Made by a program: the position numbers and the translations under genes. A DNA stretch of 64,000 nucleotides from Priapulus caudatus (lineage: Eukaryota). This document shows, piece after piece, positions 39,954-51,038 of this stretch. Numbering within the stretch: the first letter of the stretch is position 1; each line of letters begins with the position of its first letter. The notes beneath the pieces were generated by a model. The model worked only from the letters and a program-made list of their open reading frames with translations. It ran no database searches and had not been told where the DNA came from. The stretch covers positions 518,930 through 582,929 of the forward strand of contig NW_014577066.1 of the NCBI RefSeq assembly GCF_000485595.1, written 5' to 3'.

Positions 39954-41570
39954 GGCCCGTCTCCACACACGCGGACACGACACGACACAGCAAACGCAGC
40001 GCCGTTGTGCTGAAAAAAATACCATTGTGATTTCGCGCATTGTGTCTGAGCCGCATTGGTTCACTTCTGGTGTCAGTGATGAGAAATTATGCTATGTCCT
40101 CTGTTGTCCTTGGCTGCATGGTAGCCGTGAGCGCAGAACACCTGCATAAAAAAGAGCCGCAGAGCCGACAGTGCTCATTCTGAACGTCTACCTGCGGTGA
40201 CTCTGTGGTGGAAGTGGTGGATTCTAGTAAACCCTGTTAGTCCGCAAATGTGTCACATACACGCCGAAACAGTGGAATGCAGAGGCGATGCGTATCAGGA
40301 ACCTGTCTTCAAAGGGAATGTTCGTTGGAATCGTTATAAAAGTTGCCACGAGAGGCGGCGTACGTTTAGCTGCTCTTCAGCATTAAAAGATGGAAGCCTC
40401 CCATCGTACGAAGTCAACACGTATTTGGCAAGACAGAATAGCGTAAGCACTCAATGCCATTTACCTAGGCAAAGCCTATCAGGCCCTGCAATAAGAGCTG
40501 CCACCGTAACCAAATTAACGCAAAACCGGCAAAAACTTACACAGTACACTACACCAACCCATGCACTGGCCGTAGGCGCACTGGCAGTGGCATACGGCTA
40601 ACATGTAAAATGAGCTGACAGTACAGCAATGCGCATAAAAATTATACGATTCTAAGGAGCATAAACGCTCTTAAGCACAAGCATTTTAGCTTTTTGAAAT
40701 TCACTGCTGACATTCTTAGCCTCATGACATCCAGGCATGTATAGATCTAGCTAGCAACCCGGCAGTCAAATTCTTATAACAAGACAGTCAACAAATCCAT
40801 GTTTAAACCCTCCATCTTGAGGCGTCAAAAGCGTTATTGACACTTATCTTCGCCATGTCAGCAGAAAGTAGAACAGATTCATGTCCTTTCAATATATGCC
40901 ATAAAAATGCTAGTCGACCGCTGAAAAGCAAATAAAGTTTTTCAATCGCTCCCTGCAGCAGACGCATGTCCTCAGAAATGTCTAAAATACTGCCCTGGCC
41001 CAGTTGAGCCGTGACTCCAGATTTCGGCGGCGTGATGGCTTTTCCTACCAATGATGCTATACACCGACATCAGAGCCTTAGGTCGAAGCCGTGTTTAGAT
41101 TTGTGCCGCAATTCCTGCAATTTCCGTCCCTATACCTTAAGTAAGGAGGAATGTTCACCCTTATTTTACAGCTCTGACGCTTTGCGAAAACGCGCTTTGA
41201 CCCCAGCTTCGACATTCCCAACTCGTTTTCGATTACCCTAGGACCCCACGTCTCCGGAATATCGTGACACAACGTACGATCGAGCGGTTAAGATTGTGCC
41301 CAACTGTTGACGGAACGGCACGGACGACGGACGGACGGACGGAACGCAACGGATGACGCACACGACGATGATCATGGCGATTCTACACAAGCTGCATCTG
41401 ACTACGTCAGATGACTAAAACAATTCGACGTGATTGGTTCAATTGTCTTTTCAGCCGTCACCGAGTCAGCCGCGGCAAAACTCAACTCATTTTGACTTTC
41501 GCCGCTCGCCGTGGAAAGGCGGCTGGCCGCCAGTGCGTGCGTGGCGAGTGTCAGTGGCAGAGCGTGCGCC
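39954..41570. mobile_element. PIF/Harbinger-like element (noisy sequence) with a nested HINE
   Basis: Left end TAA|ggcccgtctccacacac. The right end gtgt[ca]gtgg[c]aga[g]cg[t]g[c]gcc|aTAA equals the reverse complement once the bracketed insertions are removed. Confidence 0.5.
41206..41420 (-). mobile_element. Second, indel-rich copy of the HINE end seen at 29667-29839
   Basis: Colinear match including gtgcccaactgttgacgga, (GGAC)n and caagctgcatctgacta.gtcagatga; probably extends further left. Confidence 0.7.
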
Positions 41571-41851
41571 ATAAGCCAAATATTGAATGAGACTTTGAAC
41601 TTTGGGCGTAGGGAGTGAACGCACGCCGTTTTTCCGGGGCGTCCGCTGGTGCTCGTGCCGCGCCGCGTGGTGGATGGACCAGGGCCTTACGCCATGTACG
41701 TACTGGGATACCAGTAGTCCGGCTACCCCTAGCCAGGGCCACTTACACGTAAAACACGCTTACACGAACTACGCAGTAGCATAAAAAGCGATTAAGCGGA
41801 TCGCAATGCACAAAGAATGGATTCTGGATCTTGATCTGGATAGCAATCTTT

Positions 41852-44800
41852 CTCATGAATTCTCTATAATATAGATCGTGATAGAACGGCATTGGCCTAT
41901 CCGCGCTTAAACATGACAGTGACGCGCAGAGCGCGCATCTTCCATACCTCTTGTAAAGCTGAATCTGCCGTGCTGTGCCCGACACATTTCAAACGAAAAA
42001 TAAAGAAACGCGATTATTCTTAATTATTCAAATTAGCATCGAAAAAAACTTTGCATCTACTTAAGAGACAAATATAAATATGGATATGGTAATTTAGATA
42101 CATGTATGGAGCTAAGGGAACGAGAAATACAACGAAAATAATTTTTAACGTGACGTCACGAGACACGTGCTAGCCTTAGTCGGAGCCTATTCAACCAATT
42201 ATAATAATTCTTTGTTCATAATACGTTGAAAACAAACCAAGATGATGAAACATGATGAAAAGATGAAACAGTGAAGATTATACTTATATTATATAGATTA
42301 TATAAATTTTTAAAAGTTTATAGGCATTAAGGTGTAAGCATTTAGCCTCATAGGCTACATATAATCACTAATTGACTATATACAATTAATTATACTAGCA
42401 ATATTCAATATTATTGCCAACGCAGGCTGTTCGAATAACGTCAATATACTACTATACGGTAGTAGTACTAGGCCTATTACTATATTATATATGATCAGAT
42501 AGATGAAAGATTTAGATATGATTGATAAAACGTATATCTGGACAGAATTATTCGGTCCAAGGCTAAATATAGCATATGTCTCATAGCCTGAGCTCTAGTA
42601 CTATACCCGCTTACATGAATTGCGGCTGGCAGCGGCCCAAGCGCAGCAGTTCGATGGTAAGCGGCTAATAGTACATAGAGCTAATGTCTACATAAAATTA
42701 TATATGCCTACATATACAATATATAGCATATATAATGCATATTAGCAATATATAGCATATATAAGAGATATACTAGCATATAAGGCCATTATACGCCAGA
42801 CAGACCAAAGCACAGGCCAATATTGGCCTCCAATATCGGTTAATTTGGGCACAAATCCAATATACCTGGCACTGACATTGCGAATTACGGCCTAGACCCC
42901 CCGGCTTGCACTTTGGCCCGACATCGGGTAACTGCCCAGGTTGGCAGAATAATGGCATGGGCTAAATGTACACTTTCTTGAAGTATCAGTGCTGTGGGCT
43001 GGGATTTTTGAAATGAAAAAGATTGTACTATTATTATTCTCGGTTTAAAAAATTTATTAAATGTCAAGAAATGCATATCTACCCAAACTTGAGCGCCATA
43101 ACATTGCTCGTGACCCGCTAACTCGACCAATAACGCCAACACAGACAGTCGGCCTTGCGCGATGGCACCAGCGCAGGTTACCTCCGCCCGAAAACACTGC
43201 ACACAACGCCTCTGTAGCAGGGCTGACCATCGTTGGAGCCGTCTTTGGGCTCACACTCTCTTCTGGAGGCGTTCCATGGTTGCACAATGGCTACCACGGC
43301 GCCACACTGCGCAAACAAAGACCGCCTGCCGGTTAGCGGTCGGCCACACGCCGGCCGCTTCCCACTCGGCGGCACGCAAGCCAGGCGGGCCGGAGAACCA
43401 CGCCACGGCACTCGTGTAGGGGTTCTCGGCGAGCCATGCGCCGGATCGAAGCGAACTCGCAGCACCCACCGCGGACGGAGCACGGACCAGCAATCCGCGC
43501 GGCGATCGCCACGAGCGTGTTCACGCGTGACGGCGCTCGCAGACGCAGACGACGTGCGTCGTGTCGCAGCCACGTCGTCGCCGGAGACGCGAAGCGCGCG
43601 AGCTGCCCGACGATCACGATGACCAGCGCTCCTGCTCACATCACATCAAGACCTCGTCAGGACGATGCTGCTTGGCTGCTGCCCGACTACTGGTCTGTCC
43701 AGCCGCTGCGGCCGTTGCTCTCGGCAATCGCCCAGGACGCTAGTTGCCGGCAGAAACTCTTCCAGCGTATCGCGACGTGGTTTCCGGCAGCCCCGAGGTT
43801 TGCAACTCTTCTAACCGTCCGCGCATCGGCACCGTAACCTCTCTTGCGCGATTTTCGACGGACAGGTGCTCATCGATTCGACTCATTTCGCTGATACTCA
43901 CGCGGGTCTAGGCTGTTCCACTTCTCTACTAGCCGTCTCATGCCGCGGCTCGGGACGCCGGAGCGTCGCCGGGATGACGCGTTGGCCTCGCAGCCTACCT
44001 GGCAGTGATCTCCCGTGCCGGCAGCCGAGACTGCTGCCACGTACTTGGAGGTGTCGCGACTACACGACCGTCAAAGTCACGAGCCGCGAAATAAAATTTA
44101 ACCAACTCGCGAAATTGTCCGTCAGCGTCCGAATTTGTGAAAATACCTAGTAGATGGTGAAAAAATATGGCGTATACAGGATATTCCCCCTTGTGTGATC
44201 TCCGTTAATTGTGTAAGTGCCTCAATAACTCCTCCGGTCGTTAGCGCACCGGTACTAAGATTCGATAATGGATTGTGACCTTGATTGATCCCCGTCAATG
44301 TGGTGTGGTGCGTATGAAAGAGGAAGACATCACGAATCGACACACGGAGATAAAATTACTTTATGCATCGGACCATCAAAATAACGCCGTTTAATCAAAG
44401 AAGAAACATCACACTAATACACTACGTAGTGCGCGGATGCTCTATAATATAGGTGGACTCAGACACAATAGAACGTGACACAGATAAGGAGCGCGGCTTA
44501 AGGAAACGCCACCGAAACGAGATGAGGTCGCGATGAAACCTAGGCAGAAACTGCGAACAGTCGTGATGGAAATCATCGTATCTTAACTAACGTCGGTGAT
44601 TAAAATCCGCCCAAACCTTCTTAGCTAATAGTCGCGATGTCGCAGCTGAAAATCCATTTTGAAATCCCTGTTAAGAGACTGTGAACTGGAGTGGCGTGAG
44701 GCAATGGTTGCTAAAACGCCCCGAAGATGCTGGGAATTGCTCCGTGGTCGCGAAACGACATCATCAGTAGCCTGGTTGACGCTCATCAGCCATCTACTGC

Positions 44801-45870
44801 GCGATCCGGTGGAGTGTCGACGACGGCGAGAGCCGAGTTGTCAGTGAGTATCACACGCACGACCCAAAATTACAATGTGGTGTAGCTAATTTGGTTGCCT
44901 AGCATTTAATTTTACATTCATGACAACAATACAACTTTTTACAAGTACCTAGCTCCAAGAAACGGTCTTGCTAGGGTTAGAAGATAGACAATCAGTCGCA
45001 CAGCCTTGTCTAGTCCGCAAATGCAGACGTTATAACTCCGCTTTGGTAATCTGAGGGTGCGGGTTTATCGGGGGTTAATGGGACCATTACTGGGGTCTGC
45101 GTCGGCTCGGACTAAGCCTTGTCGGGCTTAGTGCAAGTACCTAGCGATCTATGGTACAGGCCTATGCTAACACACACAACATACCTAGATACAATAATGT
45201 AACCCAAACCCAAGAGGATACCCTATCCTCTTGGGTTTGGGTTACATTATTGTATCTAACAACCATACCCAGACGGCGGCAGGGGCTATGCCGCGAGTGA
45301 CACGCCTTATATTAGACTTATATAACAGTAATTAGTATTATATGTAGCCTCATGTAATGCTAAATGCTACACTATCATGGCTTATAAATAAATATGACTA
45401 TATATATATTATATATATATATATATATAACATTAATTTCATGTTTTCATCATTTTCATCATGTTTCATCACTGTTCATCATCTGTGTTTGTTTTCCATC
45501 GAATGGTAAGCATAAGCAATTATTATAATTGCGTTGAATAGGCTCGCGACTAGCTAGCACGCTCGTCTCGGAGTCACGTAAAAAACTTATTTTTCGTGTA
45601 TTTCTCTTCCCTTAGGCTCCATACATGTATCGTATATACATATCCATATTGAATATAATCTTCTAAGCTCATAGGATCAAAAGTTTTTTTTCATGCTTAT
45701 ATTTGAATAATTAGAATAAAGTCGCGTTTTTTATTCATTCCATTTGAAATGTTGTGGGCGAGCAGACCGGCAGATTCAAGCTTTACAGAGTGGGTTGGAA
45801 GATGGCGTCTGCGCGTCACTGGTCATAGGCGATGCCCTATCCAGATTAGTATTATAGAGATCACGTGAGT
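41852..45870. repeat. Long imperfect inverted repeat: arms ~41852-42390 and ~45310-45870, spacer ~2.9 kb
   Basis: Matching pairs include atacatgtatggagc.aagggaa / ttcccttaggctccatacatgtat, cagtgacgcgcaga..catcttcca / tggaagatggcgtctgcgcgtcactg, and aggctacatataat / attatatgtagcct. Confidence 0.8.
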
Positions 45871-46089
45871 TTTCTGCCTAGCCCACGGCTTACGGGCCCT
45901 GATTGACCGGTACTATATGATCATACTAATCTGTGTTTACATTAAAATCTAACTCACGTGTTTGACTCAGCACAACGAGCAGCGCTACGCGAAGCTATTG
46001 TGCTATTATTTCGGATCCTTGTAGCCGCCCTCTACAACAAACTTTTTAGCAAAACGCACGCGCAACCCGGACCGTAATGGGCCGAGACC

Positions 46090-46610
46090 CACTGACTCTA
46101 TATAATCTCGATTATAATATCACGTCACTGATTACTATTATCACTGGATATATATATATATAATATATATCATATAATATAATATATATATACAGTATAT
46201 AATATATGCTACATACGTATGATATATACTGCATAACGATATAGTATATATATGATATACGTAAACTGATACGTATATACACGTATCATATATATATATA
46301 TATTATATTATGTATATATATATATTATATATAATAATTATATATATATATATATGTATATACGTATCATATACGTATATATACGTTACATATATGCATA
46401 CATACGTATATATGTATGCATACATATATAATATATCCTGATTTATATATGAAGATCAACTGATCTGCTATAATATAATCTCGATTATAATTTCGATTAT
46501 ATTATAATAATAATATATTATAATGCTATAAGTAATTATATATAATTTAATAATAATATATAATAAATAATTATTATATATATATTATATTATAATCTCG
46601 AATTATATTA
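46090..46610. repeat. Degenerate (TA)n AT-rich low-complexity tract
   Basis: Nearly all A/T, with recurring tatacgtata and tataatctcgattata motifs. Confidence 0.85.
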
Positions 46611-46647
46611 CTGAGAGATCAGTTGGCGCCGTAACCGCATGTATAAT

Positions 46648-47150
46648 CAGGCCCGTAGCCAGCTTTATTATTAGAGGCCGGCGTTCGTTTTCAATGTATG
46701 GCAATTTTGCTCGCGTAGGGGCGCTGTACACGATTTGTACCAAGGGGGGGTCTAACGTAACCCAAAGTGCGGAGCACGCGGAAGGGGCGGTCTGGGGAAT
46801 TCCCAGAAATTTTTTAAAATTAGACCCCCTCAGATGCGTTTTTTCGTGCCGCGAGCAAGGTGGGGTCCGAGGACTGCCCTGCGACCCCCCCCCCCCTGTA
46901 CACGCGCGCCTGCTCGGCGCCGAAGCACCAGGCCGGGGAGCCAAGCGACCGAGCGGGGGAGGGTGTAGGAGGGGGGTATTCACTGTCACCCTCCCGCACG
47001 GATGGAGGAATTTTGCAATTATTACACTAAAAGGGAGCACCTGAGCGTGAAATTCTTGCAAATTTTCAACAAATATTTTTTTTGGATTGGGGGGGGGCTC
47101 GGGGGGGGGGGTTCGTTCGAACCCCCGAACCCCCCCTGGCTACGGGCCTG
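46648..47150. mobile_element. hAT-like MITE with G/C-run subterminal motifs
   Basis: Perfect 15-bp TIRs caggcccgtagccag / ctggctacgggcctg; no clear TSD. Confidence 0.7.
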
Positions 47151-48299
47151 TAAATGTTACTCTTTACTTTAGGTCTATAACTTAATTTACTCTTAAAACG
47201 TGTATGTTTCCTAATCCTAGAATTAGAGAATTAGATTTGTAACCTTATCACATCATTGTAAGGGACACACGCATGCACTCACGCACGATCACACACGCGT
47301 GAATCTGATTGTGGTGGCTAAGAAATTCATTCTAGGACCACAGACCGTAATGTTTCATCTTATCTTACGAGTCCAGAGACAATGCAAATAGATAAAATTG
47401 GCAATGATTTAAATTTTATATAATACGCGCGAATCTTCAAACAGTGCACCGTTCCAGTGTTTTTACGTACCGATAAGACAGTGCGTGTGTAATCCTTGTT
47501 TCCTAACAAAAAATTCACAATTATTTAATATTATTTTTATAATTTAATAGCAAAAAACGTACAATAACGAATAAAATAAGAATCTATTATAGTGAGTGCT
47601 GCAAATATAACACGCGTAGAAAATTTACTTGATAAGCTGTAGTTAGCGGCTACGTTGGCCAGTGTTACCACTGCTGAGGGTTTTTACCACAGAGATTTTT
47701 TAAACTTTAATCTGGGGTTCTGGGGGGTTTTCTTAGAAATCTCGAGTTTAATTCCTGCAAAATCCTGCAGGTCATTCAATTACTATACATTTAATTCCCG
47801 TCGTCCTCATGGAATCACTATGCTGGAACCAGAAGCGTCATAAGCCTAGCCATAGCAATCGGGAACCCTGGGACCATTCAACAGAATAGCAGAATTTCTA
47901 GGAATGAAGGAAAGAGCCAAATGGGTTTTCCGATTGCTAACCATAGCTGACCAAGCTTTTTTCAATAAAAGGCTTTAAAGGCGTCATCCAGTGACCCAGA
48001 CTACATTACAACAGAAATCAACCACGTGACCTCCTTATTCGGCTTAGCATAGGCTTAGCAACCTGGTTCAGCAGTCAGAGACAAGGCCTTGGTCCTGGAC
48101 TCACCACTGGCGTGGCGGACAGTAATGTGCTAATCAAATCAATGTATACAATGGTCAATGGTGCAAGATTCAAGACCGTATTTACAGAGCTTGTGTGTTG
48201 GTGTGACAGTACCGGCCTTGACATAACATCACCAAGTGGCACAAGGTTCTCTGTATCAATTATCATTTCCCCATTTGGCCATTTCTCATGATTTCTCAT

Positions 48300-50720
48300 T
48301 GCGTATTTCTGTAGTTGATAGAATCACAGTGGGCACCCCACTAGGCAACACCGATAGTTTCACTATTAGCAAAGTAGTAAGGCAAGGAACAGTATTGGGT
48401 CCGATCATGTGCTGTACCACTCTGGACCAAATAAACAGTGGAGGATATGGCTCCCTAGTAGATGTATATCAAAGTACCACAAAAATACCACCGTTGTTAT
48501 ATATAGATGATCTACTGGGAATAGGGAACCTAAACATGGTACAGAAAATAGCACATTCATGCAACTTACTTGCAACAGAAAAAATTATAACATTCAATAT
48601 GGACAAGACAAATATAATAAATATTAAATTTTCGCCTCATAGAAACATTAATACTGAAAAAAAGAAAAAATTTATTTGGGTAGAACAGAGATAAAACATT
48701 GTACTAAACAGGGGCGTTCCCCCCTGAGATTTAAAAAAAAAAGAGAGAAAAAAAGAATAGCCAAAAAGTATGGTTGCAAACATACAAAAACACGTGAAAT
48801 TGTGAGAAATTGCAATTCTTACTTGTGTTTTAATACATGTATTATTACTATAGTAACCTATAACTGTGTACACTCTCTGAAAAGTCATGAAAAGTGTTTT
48901 AAATCCTAACTTGTAGGGTTGAGTCTAGGGTTGAGATAGTGTTATCAGACATGAGAATATGGCCCACAGTATGCCTCAGATTGCAGGAAAATGGTATAAA
49001 TATTTCAAGCTTTTCTGGGGGGCATGCCCCCAGACCCCCCTAGCACTGGCATGCCTATGGCACGCGGGCCTGGCTGCGGCAGCCAAGGTTAATTTCGCCC
49101 CCGGCTATCGCCAATCATCCCCCCACTCCTCGGTACGGACTTCCCGTCTCCAGTAATACCTAAGGCCAATGGGGACGTAAAAGAACCACTGAGGGCGCAA
49201 AAAAACTCTGGCTGTGACCACCCACAGTGCCTTTTCGGCTAAAAAAAACTAAACTACCTGGCTTTACCCAAGCTAGGTCACACCCCATGGCTAGCTATAT
49301 AGCCCAAGCTATGGCAATCAAGCAACAAGATTTCTCTGCGGCCGTCTCAGCTAAGCTGTGCCGTCGATCAACAGGACTTCTTGCCAAGGGACGCTATCCT
49401 GCGCCATATAGCATCATCATCGTAGGCGTAGCCTCGCAGTTTAATATATAGGGGCCTATATATATATATTCTGTGTAATGCCCGTTTCGGTCTCCTAGGC
49501 AATTATTATTATTATTATCATGCACTCATGTAATTTCACTCTAGGTTCTACAGTAGTTCTACTGTGAAATTGCCTAATTGGTTTGGTTTAGTTATTGTTA
49601 GAACCTCCCCCATCATATACCTGCCTCTGTCTATTCTCTCCTTTCTCATATCTATGTAGTCACCGTTGTTATTAAAAATGTCTCCTAGATATTTATATTT
49701 AGTACCAAAGGCGTAAATCCCGGGGGGATGGGGGAATGCATCCCCCTGCTCTTGAAGGAGGGAGGATGGCCTGTACAAATAAACGCCATTTTACGTAGTC
49801 ATCCGAGCCACGGGAGATTCACAGTCTCCAATGTTGAGAGCCAGGTTTTTACACCTTGAGAAAATTCACTGCCCCGGCCAGGGTTTGAACTCACAGCCTT
49901 CAGTGAACAGTGTACGAGGCCTAACCACTGGGCCACGAAGGCTCTAAGTGCATGATACTCCCATCTATATTAAATAATGGTGAAACTTAGACAACCCTAA
50001 CAAAAAAGGAAATACAATTATTGGAAAGCTTTCAAAATGATTGCTTAAGGAGAATACTAGGTGCACATAGTAAAACTCCACTAATCGCTCTAAGAGTTGA
50101 GCTAGGTATAATACCAATTCTTGACAAAATCTATTATAAAAGATTAATGTTATTACAATACATAATAAATTTAGAGCAAGAACGTTTAATGAGAAGAATG
50201 TTGTTGCAGCAATTAAAATATGGGGAAAAAAATTGGGCAAATGAAATCATAGACAAAATTGATGAATATAAATTAAACATGTTATTCTTATCTATTGGCG
50301 CCTTATCAAAAATGAGATAGAAAAAGATGGTAAAAGAGGCCATTCTAAAAAAACGTGATAGAAAGGGACGAAGGGGTTGGAGCAACAAAAACAAAATTGA
50401 AAATGATTAATATTAATAATTATGGATTAAAGAATTATAATATGACGTCAATGTCCTATGAGGATTCTTGTTTTGTCGATCATGATAGATTTAAACGATT
50501 ACTTTAAAAATAAGCACACTAATGACGGGTGTGACTTGTGTAGTGGGGAAGAAAAGGAAGACTTGTTACATCTATATAATGGCCTTGAATATGGGGATAT
50601 AAATAAAAGGGAGTCCATTAAAGACTGGAAATGTGACGATCCCAAGTTACTTAAAATTGCTTCCGACCACGTGAGGAAATTACTAAAATATAGGGATTAG
50701 AGAATAAGATTAGCAGAATT
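48300..50720 (+). mobile_element. Degraded non-LTR retrotransposon (LINE) ORF2, interrupted and partly inverted
   Basis: RT core VRQGTVLGP..PLLYIDDL at 48300-48708 (+); thumb KYKYLGDIF at 49548-49705 (-); ESFQNDCLRRILGAHSKTP..ELGIIP at 50021-50320 (+); C-terminal CDLC..EDLLHL zinc-finger remnant at ~50530-50575; stops and frameshifts present. Confidence 0.85.
49790..49942 (-). mobile_element. tRNA-derived SINE
   Basis: tRNA-like head at 49870-49942 with Pol III A box TGGCCCAGTGG and B box GAGTTCAAACC. The anticodon stem is broken and non-tRNA body sequence follows. Confidence 0.65.
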
Positions 50721-51038
50721 AAATGCTGGATGTACAAATTAATGAAAATGATGAGATGAAAGTTTACATTCTCAGAATATCCTCGCACCTTCACCAGAAG
50801 TGATGCCTTGTGAAATACAAGAGTGGGACCATGTACGATACGATACGATACGATACAACCCAATATCGATACTGTACTATACGACAGTGCTACAGTCTGG
50901 CGGATAAATTGACGAATTTCAAAGATTGGCTTTTCGCAGCGCCTATGAGACTAGCGGAAAAAACATTTTTACGATGCATTTACAACTAGCAGTGCAGTAA
51001 CTGGCTTGTTCTTGCTAAAGTTATTCATAAATACCGCT

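Noticed and set aside
40842..40856. Possible NOL6 first exon ATG GCG AAG with a non-canonical ATAAGT donor (in phase with exon 38872)
   Set aside because: It lies inside a putative Harbinger-like element in error-prone sequence and has no GT/GC donor, so it is unsupported without transcripts.
49870..49942. Functional tRNA gene (Asn-like GTT loop)
   Set aside because: Anticodon and acceptor stems are mispaired and a repeat body follows; better explained as a SINE head.
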